From the human T2T-CHM13v2.0 reference genome, Homo sapiens: a DNA stretch of 64,000 bases. Shown here one piece after another: positions 19,469 to 34,562 of this stretch. A program made the position numbers and the translations under genes. Numbering within the stretch: position 1 is the stretch's first letter; every line of letters starts with the position of its first letter. The notes under the pieces were generated by a model. It ran no database searches. It worked only from the letters and a program-made list of their open reading frames with translations, and was not told where the DNA came from. The stretch lies in NCBI RefSeq assembly GCF_009914755.1, contig NC_060930.1; one strand, written 5' to 3'.

Positions 19469-19911
19469 CCCAAACCAAGTGGGCCAGCTATTTCTCTCCT
19501 TAAATATCTCTGGGGTTTTTGTTATTGTTGTTGTTAAATCTCTGTTCTCTTTTATTCTATTTCTACCAAGTGTTTGTATCAGACAGTTACCTTTCAGTTC
19601 AAAACTTTGTCCATTTAATAACCGTATATTCAAAATCTCAAGACCTGGTGAACTTGAAATATAAATAACCTCAGACTGTTTACAACGATCCCAAACCCCA
19701 AATCATCCAACTAAAATAAGTATCTCCTGTACTTCAGAGAAATACCTCCTTTGCTTAAAAGGGAAAATTTCGTTTTTGAAAAAAATACTTTTAAATTTGA
19801 TTCCTGAATGTAAAACCACCCTCATTATTGTTTGGACCTCACATTTAGAGATTTAGTTGATCTTCATCATCACTGAGTTTTCAGTTCAAGACACATTATC
19901 CTCTAAGCCCC

Positions 19912-19996
19912 TTTTTGAACTCCTAACCTCAGGTGATCCATCCACCTCGGCCTCCCAAAGTGTTGGGATTACAGGTGTGAGCCACCGCGCCCTGCC
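19912..19996 (-). mobile_element. Alu remnant (5' ~80 nt only) with intact TSDs
   Basis: TSD tctaagccccttttt (19902-19916) / tctaagctcctttct (19997-20011). Confidence 0.85.
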
Positions 19997-20685
19997 TCTA
20001 AGCTCCTTTCTGTTAGCTTAGTCGTTAATTCATTCCTTCACTTGTTCCCTTTTATATCCACTTCATGATTCCATGTCTCTTTCCTCCTACCATTCTAATA
20101 TATTCAAATACATTAAATACGGAAGTTTGGGATTTTATGTTTTTGTAAAACGTGGAATGTTGTTTTTATATTATTTGTGGAAATTATTTCAGTCCTGCTG
20201 CCTAGGCTCTTATGAGATTTTGACTAGATAACTTTTAATAAAATGTTAACAATTAAAACATCACTACTAACTGATTAACTCTTTTAAGTTACATAGGTGA
20301 ACATACGCATGAGATAAGTCAATTTAGTAGCTATGTGTATATATTTTGCCAAGCAATACTGAATGCAAAACCGAAAACCAACACATCCAAAGAACATCCT
20401 AGTATTATTTGCTAAAAATTGAAATGTTCATTTTATCATTCTCTACATTCTTCTTGCAACAGGAAATGACTTCTGAATACACTGCCTCATCTATCATTGT
20501 CAAGGATTAAATATGAACCAAATTTGCAAGGTACTTTTTTTAAAGTTTGCTAGAGCAGAATAATGTCATTGTCAACACTTTTAAACACTTTATGACTTTG
20601 GAATCTTTCCTTAAAAAAAAAAAAAAGCACATTGCCAAACTAATTAGAATTGGTCATGAATATTAATGTTTGAGTTGAAAACAAC

Positions 20686-20701
20686 TGCCACTAGGTGGCA
20701 A
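20686..20701 (+). promoter_or_regulatory. CTCF core motif
   Basis: CCACTAGGTGGCA closely matches the CCASYAGRKGGCR core; lies in non-repeat sequence. Confidence 0.55.
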
Positions 20702-21309
20702 ACAATCTACACATAGACTTAAACAAAAGAGAAAATTATAAATGCACTATATCATATATGCATATTAAATGAGACAGTGCAAAATAGATGGTTAATGCAG
20801 TATCTTCAGCATATTGTTAATAATATTACTACTTGGAAACAAGCCTAACAGTACAGTGCCAAATGTACTTTTTGAGGAGTTAAGCTTTCTTTTGTCTTAA
20901 GTAACATTTAAAAGAAAAGAGAAAACAGAATGAGAATAGCAGATACTGACCTTAAATTCTAACATTTGTCATTATTTGGAACTGGAACATGGACATTTAT
21001 TAAGTATCTCATCTGTGCTCTCCAAGTTAGGCATCTCTCTCTATGGTTGAAAATACACTGATGATGAAACTCTATAGGCCTGAGAGACCTTGAACTTCTT
21101 GTCCTTGGGCTTTCTGTCTGGCTTCATGGATTCTATATAGTCATCAATTTTTATACCATGTTGGATATAGGAGAGAGAAAGCACTGCTGGGATTTTTCTT
21201 TCTCCATCTGATGCAACCTTCTTGGGAATAGGAGAGATGATGCTATGTGAATAGACTTCAGTGCTAGACTGCTAGGTTTGAATATTAGCATAATTTCTCA
21301 CAAGTTGTG

Positions 21310-22010
<701 letters not shown>

Positions 22011-22019
22011 AGCGTAACT

Positions 22020-22422
22020 GTGACAGACTATTATTGCTCCTGAATAATCATTTCTCCTTCTTCTAAGGGGATGATACTTCTTTGTTCTATTGACCTTGTT
22101 CTTGGCCATGAGTGTGCTCTGGCCAGTGGTATGTGAGTAAACATGGTGTATACTATATCTAGCAAGCAGCTTCAAGATCTGCAGTGGGTTTCCACCATCT
22201 CTCTTGCTTTTACCCTCTTCCAAGGAAATGATGTGTCCCCTCAGAAGAGGGGGCTACTCCTTCAGCCTGGGGCCTGGAATGAGAAGACCCACAGAGAAGA
22301 GCTAAGGAAAGTGAGGTGCAGCCACCAAAATAATATATGTGAGAAATAAGTATTTATTGTTAGAAGCTATTGGAATTTTGACGTTGTTTCTTATTACAGC
22401 ATTACCTAGTGAAAACTGACTA
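22020..22422 (+). mobile_element. MLT1 (I-like) LTR
   Basis: ggctactccttcagcctggggcctggaatgagaag...gagaaataag...acagcattacctag. Confidence 0.75.
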
Positions 22423-23213
22423 TGGCCCTTAGCTTATTAACCTGTCAAATGAAGCTAATAATATTATTCATCTCACAGGACTTGGATTGAATGAGTTAAT
22501 ACACAGGAAGAATGTAGAATAGTACATAACATTGTGGAGGCTAGATATTATTATTAAAATAGTCTAAATGCATATGCCATAAAAGATTACATATATTGAA
22601 TGACTAATAGAGACCAGGAATGTGTTACTCATGATTTTATTCAATTATACAGTATCTTTCTAAAGTATTGACATTCCTGTTTCATAGAACAGAAAACAGA
22701 GACTCAGAAAGTCTCTTAGTTCAGTGAGACTTTCAGTTCCTAGTTCAGTGTGGCTAACTTCCAGTTTTTTTGTGTGTATGTTTTTTACTCTGAATCAGTC
22801 ATGAACTAATGGTTTTAGAAAATATGAATAACATTGAGTTATTAAAAAATAAATAAAATGAACAAAGTTTAAAAGACATATAAGATATAATTCCAATTTT
22901 TTATTATTAGATCCTGTAGACATAAAATTATATTTTAATTAATGCCATTGGAACAAATGTTAAAAATGAAAGAATTACAAAAATTATCCATATTATTCAG
23001 TGAAAATATGTATGTAGACAACTAATACAGAAAAATCACTGTTTTGCCAATAACTTTTTGTCATTTCACAATTGTAACTAAACAAAAATATGAATGAAAA
23101 GCAACTTCCCAAGTTAAACACTATTTACATACATTAAACTACCCACATACAGTTTTTAATGTGACAAGTAAGCTTGCTTCTTACTTGTTAACATATCTAA
23201 TCTACTTTAATTT

Positions 23214-23670
23214 CTTTTTTTTTCCCTTTCTTTCTTTTTTTTTTTTTTTTTTTGAGACTGGGTCTCACTCTGTCTCCCAGACTGGAGTGCAATGATGCGA
23301 TCATGGCTCACAGAAGCTTTGACCTCCTGGGCTCAGTGATCCTCCCACCTCAGACCCCAAGTAGTTGGGACTACAGACATGTACCACCACACCCCACTAA
23401 TATTTTATTTTTTGTAGAGATGAGGGTCTCGGGGGTCTCACTATGTTGCCCAGGTTGGTCTCAAACTCCTGGGCTGAAGCTATTCTCTGGCCTCTTATGG
23501 CTGGGACCACAGGCGTGTGCCACCATGTCTGGCTTTTTTTTTTTTTTTTTCGGAGAGACAGAGATCTCACTTTGTTGCCTCGGCTGGTCTTGAACTCCTG
23601 GCCTCAGATGATGCGCCATCCTCGACTTCACAAAGTGCTGGAATTGCAGGCGTGAGCCACGATGCCAGAC
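23214..23670 (-). mobile_element. Three-monomer AluJ/FLAM composite
   Basis: Right arm plus two left-type monomers inside one TSD ctactttaattt (23202-23213 / 23671-23682). Confidence 0.85.
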
Positions 23671-24323
23671 CTACTTTAATTTTAACAACTGATAGTAGAG
23701 AAACAAGTCTCACAAAGCTATGTTAATGGGAATGAAACAAAAGATTTTAAGGCAGCTTCAGCAATCTCAGGATATTCATTTTAAATTTTTATCCAAAATG
23801 AAACAAATGATGCTGTATATTCAGAATTTCTATTTTTATCAGAAGCCAAATTCAATAATTTACTCTGTAAAGTTACAGTTAAGTTCAAATTATTTCTTAA
23901 TGAAGGAAATAAATTCTAGATTGAGCACTTTTGGGTTATCATTGGCAAACTAACTTTGAGACATTGTGTTGTAAAGGTTCTGCTGCAGACAATTAGTAGG
24001 CATCTTTGAGTCCATGTAGCGTGAGTACATGTAGAACTCATCATGTGATTTCAAGAACACCTAAACTGTTCTATATCTGCTGAGTAAGATGAGTTAACTG
24101 CTCCTCGTTGAATGTGTCAACAAGCAAGTGGTAGAAACAGATTTGTTTGCTGGTCTCCTCCGTTGTGTAAGGTTTTTCCTCTGTTGGAGGTTGTTACCCT
24201 GTAAGCAGATCACCTGAGATATGAATTATATTTGTTCTACTACCTATACTGTTTAGCAGGACCAGTGGCTAACCATACCCTGAAGCCAGCCTTAGAGAGG
24301 ATAATTGTCTTAATAAAAACATA

Positions 24324-24829
24324 CAGTTGACCCCTGAACAACTTGGGGGCAAGGAGCACTAATGCCCTGCAGTTGAAAACCCTCAGATAACATTTGACTC
24401 CCCCCAAAATTTAACTACGAATAGGCTATTCTTGACCAGAAGCCTTGGCAAAAACATAGTCTATTAACAGATATTTTGCATATCATATGTGTTATATGCA
24501 GTATTCTTAAAGCAAAGCGAGCTAGAGAAAAGGTTATTAGTTATTAAGAAAATCATAAGGAAGAGGAAATACATTTACTATTCATTAATTGGAAGTGGAT
24601 CATCATAAAAGTCTTCATCTTTGTTATCTTCATGTTGAATAGGCTGAGAAGGAGAAGGAAAAGGAGGGGTTGGTCTTGCTCTCTCAGGACTGGCAGAGGC
24701 AGAAGAGGTGGAGGAGGTGAAAGGGGAGGCAGGAGAGGCAGGCGCACTTTATGTAACTTTTATTGAAAAAAATTCGCATATAAGTGGACCTGCATAGTAG
24801 TTTAAACCTGTGTTGTTCAAGGGTCACGT

Positions 24830-24830
<1 letters not shown>
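24324..24830. mobile_element. Tigger2a-like (TcMar) non-autonomous DNA transposon
   Basis: TIRs cagttgacccctgaacaa / ttgttcaagggtca; TA at the left end. Confidence 0.85.

Positions 24831-24866
<36 letters not shown>
24831..24866. repeat. (CA)n microsatellite
   Basis: Read directly. Confidence 0.95.
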
Positions 24867-24869
<3 letters not shown>

Positions 24870-25376
24870 ATATATGCATACACATACATATGTTTATATA
24901 TCACATATACATATATGTTGTGTATACTTATTGGTTAAAGTGTGTATTGTACCAAATATTGCTGTCTGCATTTCAAACTCAAATAATGACTTTTAGACCT
25001 CACTTCTTTGAATTGTAAGTACAGTTGCCATGCTGTATTGTAGGCACTTTGATGACAGAAATAAAATTTGAAATGTTTCTGGAAATCTGTATTCATCTAT
25101 AATTGATTGACTGGTCAATTGGCTGGCTCGTTAGTTGCCTTGGTTACAGCATTCAAATATTTATTGGCTACCTGGTCTAAATAAGATCAAATTACAATTT
25201 AATTTCCAGTATGAGAAAAGAAAAGATGGTTTTTCCATAAAAAATTAGACAACCATGCAATTCTAGGGATCAGCCCGTAAGCACAGGCAGAGGAATTTGG
25301 ATAGAACCAAAAGATATAAACCTTAGTTCCTTACTCACAGTAAGAAATAGGGCATTGTTTTCAGTGCCTCAGTTCT

Positions 25377-25708
<332 letters not shown>

Positions 25709-26619
25709 TGGAGAATATGTCATATCCATATGTTTAAAACACCAGCATTTAAAAATAAAGCAATAACTTCAGTTTTTAAATTATATCCAGTCAAACATTT
25801 TGTTACCATAACAGTTTTATCTGTCTATAGAAATGCAAATATATAAACAAGCTTTTCCTTGACTCTTTCTACACATACTTCTAATCCATGCCTTCACGAG
25901 AATTTTACCTATATATTTATGATACATTTTTATGCTTAAAAGTCTTTTATTAGCCTATAACACTTTCAGTATAGTATTTGAAATTTAAAAATTTTGTGAA
26001 CATGAGGCTCTAAGCATTAAAAAAATTCAGTCTGGATTGAGTTATCGTTTTTATTAGTGCACAACTGATCCAAACATTTATTAAAACTTTGATAAATATG
26101 TGTTGAATAAAATTTATTGGCAATGCATCTTTTAATGAAATAAATGGGGCTGTATCTATGTATGATCATTACTCATTACTAAAATTAAAAATGGCACTTC
26201 TGTTTTTCGTTTTTACAAATGTAGGCCCTGAGAAACACAGTTAACCTAAATAAGTAGACGGAACTGGATGGAGTTTGTTGTGGCTCTGTTATTCAATTCT
26301 TTGAACTCCTTTTGAGACATATAACAAAAATTCCATAGTGATTTATCATCGAAAATTAGTTTTTAATAATCTATTTGTTAAGAACTCTATTAGATCCTCA
26401 CTGGATTTTGATGAAAATAATTGAAAAGGGAAACTCTCAACAAAAAAAATTTGCTAACCAATCATTTGCGTTATTCACTTTGTCAATACTGATACCAATA
26501 CTTGGAACTGCTCCTTGCCCCACCGCCCTTTTATTGGTGCCTCAGAAGTTTTTTCAAACATTAAGAATATGATAAAGTAAAATTCAATTCAGGAAAGGTG
26601 AGTTGTTCACTTTTATAAA

Positions 26620-26817
26620 GTTTGAGAAGAGGGATTATAAATGGAAATGTGGAAATTAGGAAAGCACAGAAGACAATTTTAGTAGTTTTCGAGAGTATAC
26701 ATATGAAAGTTGAAGATCTGGAAGTTGATTTCCTTAAAATCATGGTCCTGTGTAGGCCTTGGAAAGGTTCCTGGTGCTCCCAGGTGTACATAAACCCCAA
26801 TTTGAAGGTACTGCTCT
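26620..26817. mobile_element. hAT-Charlie (MER113-like) fragment
   Basis: End resembles ccccaatttgaaggtactgctcta. Confidence 0.4.
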
Positions 26818-27269
26818 ATTGTCAGGAGAGTAATTCTTTTCTGGAGTGAAGGGGGTTTTGCTTTACAAGTTTATCACAATCTACTTCCCAGTCAATAGAC
26901 CTAATAATATTATCTTACAAGTTACTCTTTTAAGACAGGTGGACAACTCTTCGTTTGTTATTGTGTGTGAAAAGAAAGCTCTTGGCTAAATTAAGTTATA
27001 TAAATGATTATGTTGTTGCCAAAAGACAGAACCATCTTTAGTTCTAAAATTACCTTTCCTGGTACCCAGTTTAATCAGAGAAAATTCTTTTCTAGACTCT
27101 AGGGATTTTGAACTGTACAGGACCTGGTGAAAAGGTACTGAGAAGGAATTTTATGAAATCTCAGGCTTGGCAAAGTTTCCCTCTTCTGGGCAACCATAAT
27201 TCTCTCTGCAGACTTTTATCTAACAAGAATACATTAAAATTATTTTCTTATTATCTGTCTTCTTCACCA

Positions 27270-27390
27270 CACTATGAAGTCTTTCAGGTGAAAGGATCAT
27301 GTCATACTCATTTTTGAACCCCCACTCCCCAAAACTCCTACACAATACTTGATATATAGAGGTGCTCAATAAATACGTACAGAAATGAAC
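27270..27390 (+). mobile_element. L2 3' end
   Basis: aggtgctcaataaata...aaatgaa. Confidence 0.6.
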
Positions 27391-28131
27391 TCTACAGAAT
27401 GAAGTGAAAAAATTCTATTTGCATGGTGTGATGTGAAAGATTAGGGAGAAAACTCTTTTGCCCTGAAATATTAACTTTCAAAGTCATCCTTAATTTATTT
27501 GATAGAGTCATTTGCATCTCTTAGAATCCTAATATTAAAAAATGAAATATCACTAAGATTTAGCTGGGAAAATAATAATAGAGAGGAGAGAAATTGTTCC
27601 CTACAGTGGGAACAATCTCTGCAACAACACTGCAGACATTGCAGGAACATGGCAAGGAGCGGAGCTTCAAGGGAGAGAATGATCTAGGAGAAGGTGAATG
27701 AAAAGTTTTATCCAGGCATGATCACCAGGGTCAGGTGTATGACTTAGGATTTGATCAGAAGCATAATAAGTAGCCATAGAGAGTATTAAGCAAAATATTG
27801 CCATGATTTTATTTGGTTATTACAAGAAACTCTGGCAGAGACTTCTTTCTCTAATAAAGTTAGCCTGAGTTAATTACACCACTCCTTATACTAAAAGCAA
27901 TAAAAATTCTATAAAAATAATTTTTAAAATATATTTAAAGCATCAAAAAATCAAAAGTGAATAAGGAACTTCCAGGCCAAAACCAAATAGAAAATAGGAA
28001 CCCCAAGAGATCCAAGAAACCAAATGAATTCTAAGCAGGGTAAATCAAAAGAAGTCCACAGTTAGATATATCAGAGTGAAGCTATGGAACACGAAAAACA
28101 AAGAATTTGCAATCAGCAAAATAAAAGATAA

Positions 28132-29965
28132 CGTTTTCATTTCCTAGAGCTGCCATAACAAATGGCCACAAACTGGGTGCCCCAAAACAACAGAAACTTA
28201 TTCTCTTACAGTTATGGAGGATGGAAGTCTAAGATCGAAAAAGAAAATTTGAGAGAGATAGGTTGTAGATACCTCCTTCCAATCTCTGCCTTTGACTTCA
28301 CGTGGTGTTCTGCTGGGTATGATCCATCCTGGGACAAAATTCCTCTCCATCTGTCCATCTGTAAACTAGAAAACAAATTATCTGCTTTCCAAATTCAATG
28401 ATGAGACAGGCATAGGATAAACATTGCCATCCCAAAAGACAGAAAGTGAAAAAAAATGGGGTCACTGGTTCGGAGCAAGCTTCCAGCAGGGAAAACTCCA
28501 TTTGTCTTCAAAGCCTGAGTGAACCTGTGTGGATCAATCCACTCTCTGGGCCTGCAGAGGCCTCAGGGCCCACTTCTTTAGTCTCTGTCTCTGCATCCAC
28601 AGCTCTGCTTTTGGAGTCATTCTTTTTTCTTAAAGGGTAGCAGATGTTTGTAGTTCAGCAGTTCTATCAGTCTATTTTTTTGTGTGTAGAATCTCAGAAA
28701 TCCAACAGCTTTCCTTCATTTTATTGAGTCTGTCTTTCTCAGTCTAAGCTGGCATTGTTTTTGCTGCTATACCATTTTCAAAAACCTTATTGGTCACTTA
28801 TATATCTCAAGGAGGTCCACACCTCCTTGAGACATGAGTATTCTCCACAGATTCTGCCTGAATAACCTCATCTCTATTTCTGGTTTCTGCTGAGATGGTT
28901 GGCTGGATCTATGAGTCATAAACCTAATCTCTCCAGCAAAAGGTTGCCAGCCACACCTTTGGTGTTCTGTTTAGCACATGCTTCAGCATTTTTTGAAATA
29001 TGGATAGGCAGAGAATATTCCAAATCACAGTGTTCTGGTTCCTTTTTGTTTAACAGTTCTTTCTTCAATTTACCTCTTTCATGTCACATTTTACAGTAAG
29101 CAACAATAAAAACTCAGGCTGCACTTTCCACACTTTGTTGGGAAAGCTCCTCAGCAAAATATCCAAATTCATCACTTATAAGTTCTGTTTTCTACCTAGC
29201 CACAGAATACAATTCAGCCACATTTTCTGCACTTTATAACAAGCATTACTTTTCCTCCAGTTTCTAGTAACATATCCTCATTCCCTTCTGAGAACTCATC
29301 AGAAGCATCTCTAACATCCATATTTCTACCAATGGCCTCTCCAAAGTAGCCTGCCTTTTTTTTTTCTAATAAGCACCTTAAAATTCTTCCAGTCTCCACC
29401 CATTAACCGATTCTAAAGCCACTCTTCATTTTTAGATACTTATTTACAGTATTTTAGTAAATGTTTAGGTATCTGTTACAGCAGCACCTTGCTTCTCAGT
29501 AACAAAATCTGTATTAGCTTCCAGAGTTGCTGTAATAAATTGCCACAAACTGTGCCACTTAAATAACAAACATTTTTTCTTACATTTCTAAAAGCTTGAA
29601 GTCTGAACTCATGGTGTTGTCAGGGTTTGTTCTTTCTGGAGGCAATGAGGGAGGCTCTACGTCATGCCTCTTCCCTAGCTTCTATTGGTTGCTGGCAATC
29701 CTGGGCATTCCCTAGCTTAAAACTGCATTTCTCAAATCTCTGCCTCCTACTTTATATGGCATCCTCCCCCAGGTGCCTCTGTCTGTCCTCTCCCCTTCTT
29801 ATGAGGACAAAAGTCATTAGTTTAGGACCCACCCTGAATCCAGGGTGATTTTGTCTTGAGATCTTTAATTAACTACATCTGAAAATACCCTATTTTTAAA
29901 TAGGGTCACATTTTGAGGTTCTGCATGGATATTAATTTTGGGGGAACATCACTGAACCCAATACA
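28132..29965 (-). mobile_element. MLT1 (B-like) MaLR provirus: complete LTR 29510-29965, internal region, truncated LTR 28132-28240
   Basis: Two co-oriented LTR ends (tttcctagagctgccataacaaat / ttccagagttgctgtaataaat); internal start gattttgttactgagaag on the minus strand. Confidence 0.85.
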
Positions 29966-30969
29966 GGTCCAGCAGAAGAGCAACAGCAGACTGGTTTTCA
30001 GTAGTGATAATAGAAACTAAAAAACAGTGAAGGCTACTTTCAGCATACTGAGAGAGAAAGTGACTTCTAACCTAGTGAAAACATATTTTTAAAACAGACC
30101 CAAGATAAGGTCATTTTCAGACAGTTACAGAGTAAGCTTGCAACCAGTAGATATTCACTAAAGAAAATTCAAAAGAATGCACTTCAGGCAGAAGGGAAAT
30201 AGGACTAGATGGCAAAAAGAATGAAGAGTGCAGAACAAGTTAAATTGTGAGTATATCTACATGAGCATGAACAGTATAAAATAGTAATAATAACAGTAGA
30301 ATTTTTAAAAAGTAAAAGTAAAGTAAATAACTAAAATATGTGAATCAGGAGGGGGTAAGTTGAGTTAAAAATGCTCTAAAGATCTTATAAAAAGTGAAAG
30401 TAGTGATTACTTTGGAATTTTGTTTATATTAAGTACACAGTTTAAAATTTCTAGGGTAGCCACTAAAAAAGAGGAAAAAGTGATAAATTTTAAAACAAGT
30501 AATTAAAAACAATAACACACATACACAATCAACCAGTGAAAAGGAAAAAGTAAGTAGAATAGGTGGGAAAAATATAAAATACCAGATATGTTGCTAAATT
30601 TACACAATCTGCAGTAAGTTACATTAAATGTAAACAGACTAAATGAACCAAAGAACAAATATTGTCAGAAGGGATAAAAAATACAACTGCATGATATTTG
30701 TAACAAACATAACTCAAATATGTGTATACAAAAGATCAAAAATGAGGGAATGCAAAAAGAAATACCATGGAAATACTTACACTAAACATTCTTGGGTAAA
30801 ATGCATTACTAAAAAAAAAATAAGGAATTCCTATATATTGATTAAGAGGTTTCACTTACCAGGACAATATAACAATTTTATATTTGTCTTCACATATTAC
30901 AGCTTCAAACTCTATTATTCAAAACAATAATTCAATGAAATAAAAATAAAAATAAAGAAAAATCAAGTA

Positions 30970-31078
30970 TGCTGGATGCAGTAGTTGACACCTGTAATCT
31001 CAGCATTTTGAGAGGCTGAGGCGGAGTGATCACTTGAGGCCAGGAGTTTGAGGGCCTGTTTCTACAGGGGAAAAAAAA
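30970..31078 (+). mobile_element. FLAM_C-like monomer with internal deletion
   Basis: cacctgtaatctcagcattttgagaggctgagg; TSD-like aaaaatcaa. Confidence 0.8.
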
Positions 31079-31754
31079 TCAATTACAATGGGTAATTTTA
31101 ACACACTTTTCTCAGCAGTTTATAGAGAAACAAGTAAGAATATATTAGTAAGATCATATAAGATTGGAAATTACTAAGACTACATAATATTTGAAAAATA
31201 AAATTAATACAATTGATGTAAAGTACAAATTCAACCATTGTTGCATACACAGTCTTTTTAAGCACAGATATAGCATCTTCAAAAATTGACTGTAAAATGA
31301 GCCATAGCAAATTTTACTGCATTTCAAAGGGCTGAAGTAAGATAAAGCACATTTTCTTATCACATCCAATTAAACCAGATATTATTTTTTTAAGTGTAAG
31401 TAAAATAGTTCCACACTTATAAATTAAGAATAGTACACTAACTAACCCATGAGTCACTTCTAACAAACTCTTGTGGGATAGGTAAAGTAGTTTTAACAGG
31501 AAAATGTATAATCTTAATATGTATATTAGAAATATAAGGGCTGAAATTTAGTGAGCTAAGCATCCATTGCAAGAAGTTAGAAAAAAACCAGCAAAATGAA
31601 CTTATAGAGAAGAAGGAAAACAATAAAAATAAGAACAGAAGATAATTAAATGGAAGACATACAACAGAGAGGAACAATTTAACCAAAATTTGGTTCTCTA
31701 AAAGTGTAACTAAATTGACAAAATTCTAGTACTACTAAATGTGGGTGTGTCTGT

Positions 31755-31759
<5 letters not shown>

Positions 31760-31792
<33 letters not shown>
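31760..31792. repeat. (GT)n microsatellite
   Basis: Read directly. Confidence 0.95.
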
Positions 31793-31795
<3 letters not shown>

Positions 31796-32099
31796 GGTAG
31801 AATGAGAACTAAGAGTAATTACTACTATCAGGAATGAAGAGACATTACTAGAAGCAAAAACAAGTTAATAAAATATAAACAATTTTATGCCAATATATTT
31901 GAAATTTCAGACAAATTCCTGGAAAAAATGCATTTTCCTCAAATTGACTGGAGAAGAAAACTTAAGTAATTCTTTACCATTTAAATAATTTGAATTAGTA
32001 AAGACCTTTCCAAAATAAGGAAAAAATATCTCCACATCCAACTGACTTCAACTTTGAGTTCTATTCAATGCTCAACAGAGAAATCATGCTACTGTTACT

Positions 32100-32477
<378 letters not shown>

Positions 32478-33949
32478 TAACCTAACCTCCATACAAAAAC
32501 CTGACAAGTACACTACCAGAAAGGAAAATTAAAGATAATTCCACTCATGAATATAGTTACAACAATCTTCAAAAGGACAACAGATCACAAACAAGTCAAC
32601 ATTTATATAGTCTATCACAAAAAACAATTTGAAGGATAAAAATTACATGATCATTTCAATAGAATAAAAAAGTGTTTAAATTCAGCATCTATCTATAACT
32701 TTTTTTAAATACCCTCTTAAAAAACTAATAATAAAAGTGAAATCCATTAATCCAATAGAGGCTATCTGCCAACGCCTACAGCAAACATTCTTAATGATGA
32801 AATGCTAATATCTTTCTATTTAATATTAGGAATAATATAAGAATGCCTGTTAGCACCACTTATATTCCGTCTTTTTACTGGAGATCTAAACCAGTGCATC
32901 TAGGCAAAAACAAAATGAAACATATAAGTTTTGGGGAAAAAAGTAGCAGCACTGCCATAATTGCTGGCGATACGACTGAGTAAACAGAAACTTTTAAATA
33001 ATCTAAATAGAAATTATTAAAATTAATAAGAGAATATAGCAAGGTTGATGAATACAAAATAAATACACAAAATTTTGTGTTATATAACTATATGTAGCAA
33101 TGAACATATTAAAGTGAAATTAAAAGATATAATTTTAATAACAAAATTATGGGTATTTAGAATATATTAAACTATGTTTAAGAGAGCTGTAGGAAACTTT
33201 TATAGAATATTATTGAACATAGTTGCTGGTTTAAAGGAGCACTGGTTGAAGTTTTGACAATTTGAGCATCAGAATGAAAAATGAGATAATGGCATTAAAT
33301 GCACGGCATTAAAAAATAAAATTTATGAGTTCATGCTGATAGCAAAAGCATTAAAAAGGAAGGTGAGAGAATGGAAAGTTCTCTACAAAAGAATGCCAAC
33401 TAATAAATGTTAAAGGGATGATAAAATTTTAAGTCACTCTTTTGCAACCTCTATAGTAGTAATTGATCATCAATGAATGCTCAAATCACTAGGTGAGAGA
33501 TTACTGGGGAGCAGGATGTGCATATAATTTTATAATATCACCCAGTGGGTTACTCATTAATTTCAAAGAAAAAAGTTACATTCTCAAAGGTGAAATCTTT
33601 CAGATATCACCTTAACAAAGAGATCAAACTTAACGTTAGCAATAATGAAACAAACTGAAATCAAGAGTATCTGGAGGTGAGCACTGAGCAGGAAATAAAA
33701 GCTGTCACGGAACCCCTGCCAAAACCCTTAACCAAAATTGGATCACGAGAAAACAATAACATATTCAAGTTGAAGATTTACAAAACAATGGCCTAGATTT
33801 CTTAAAAAATGTCAACTTTATGAAAGAAACAAAAAGATTGTGGAGGGGGCTGGAGAACTGCTCTAGTCTGAGGAGATGAAAAATATGTGAAAACTAATAT
33901 ATTGCATGATCTTAGATTGTTTCTGGATTAAAAACAAATGCCCGGACAT

Positions 33950-34562
33950 CTAGGAAGGTTTTGGATTTGACCAAAGAAGCAGGACTGCTGTAAGTGAAAC
34001 CGAATATGGTATTTATTGTGGAGATTGGGTGGGATGCAGTTGTAGAAGCTGGTGGAGCAATCTATGCAAGCTGTTGCCTCTGTTTCTAGTATTAAGTCTA
34101 AAGTTGATTTAGGTCAGCCAGACAAGCAGTAAGGAAAGAAGGGTGCACGTGATGAGAGCAAAGGGAAACCAGGACTGAGTCTTGTTCTCACTACCAACAA
34201 CCTCAATGCAGTGGGAAACCTACAAGAGAAGCTTGCCCCTTTTCCCATGGAGCTGCACATGCACTTGGCCAGGACTTCCGGAAACTGAAGGAGATTCAGC
34301 AGGAGCTGGAGGGTCTGGATGTTATCTCATACCAACAAGGTGGGCTAGCAGAGCAGTGAGAGCATGTGTGAACTGCCACGGTGCCAGGTGCTCAGCAGCG
34401 ACTTTCAGAGTGTGACAAGATGCCTGCAGCTTCACTTCTACCTTCCCAATCTCATGCAAATTTCTCTTATGGGCAATGCCAAATCAGAAGCATGCAGGAA
34501 AGAGAATTCTGAGAAATGTAGCTCCATCTTAACTAAGTCTAAAAGTGTGCAAAGCAACTACA
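33950..34562 (-). mobile_element. ERVL LTR (LTR52-like)
   Basis: Ends gaattctgagaaatgtagctccatcttaactaagt...actaca. Confidence 0.65.
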
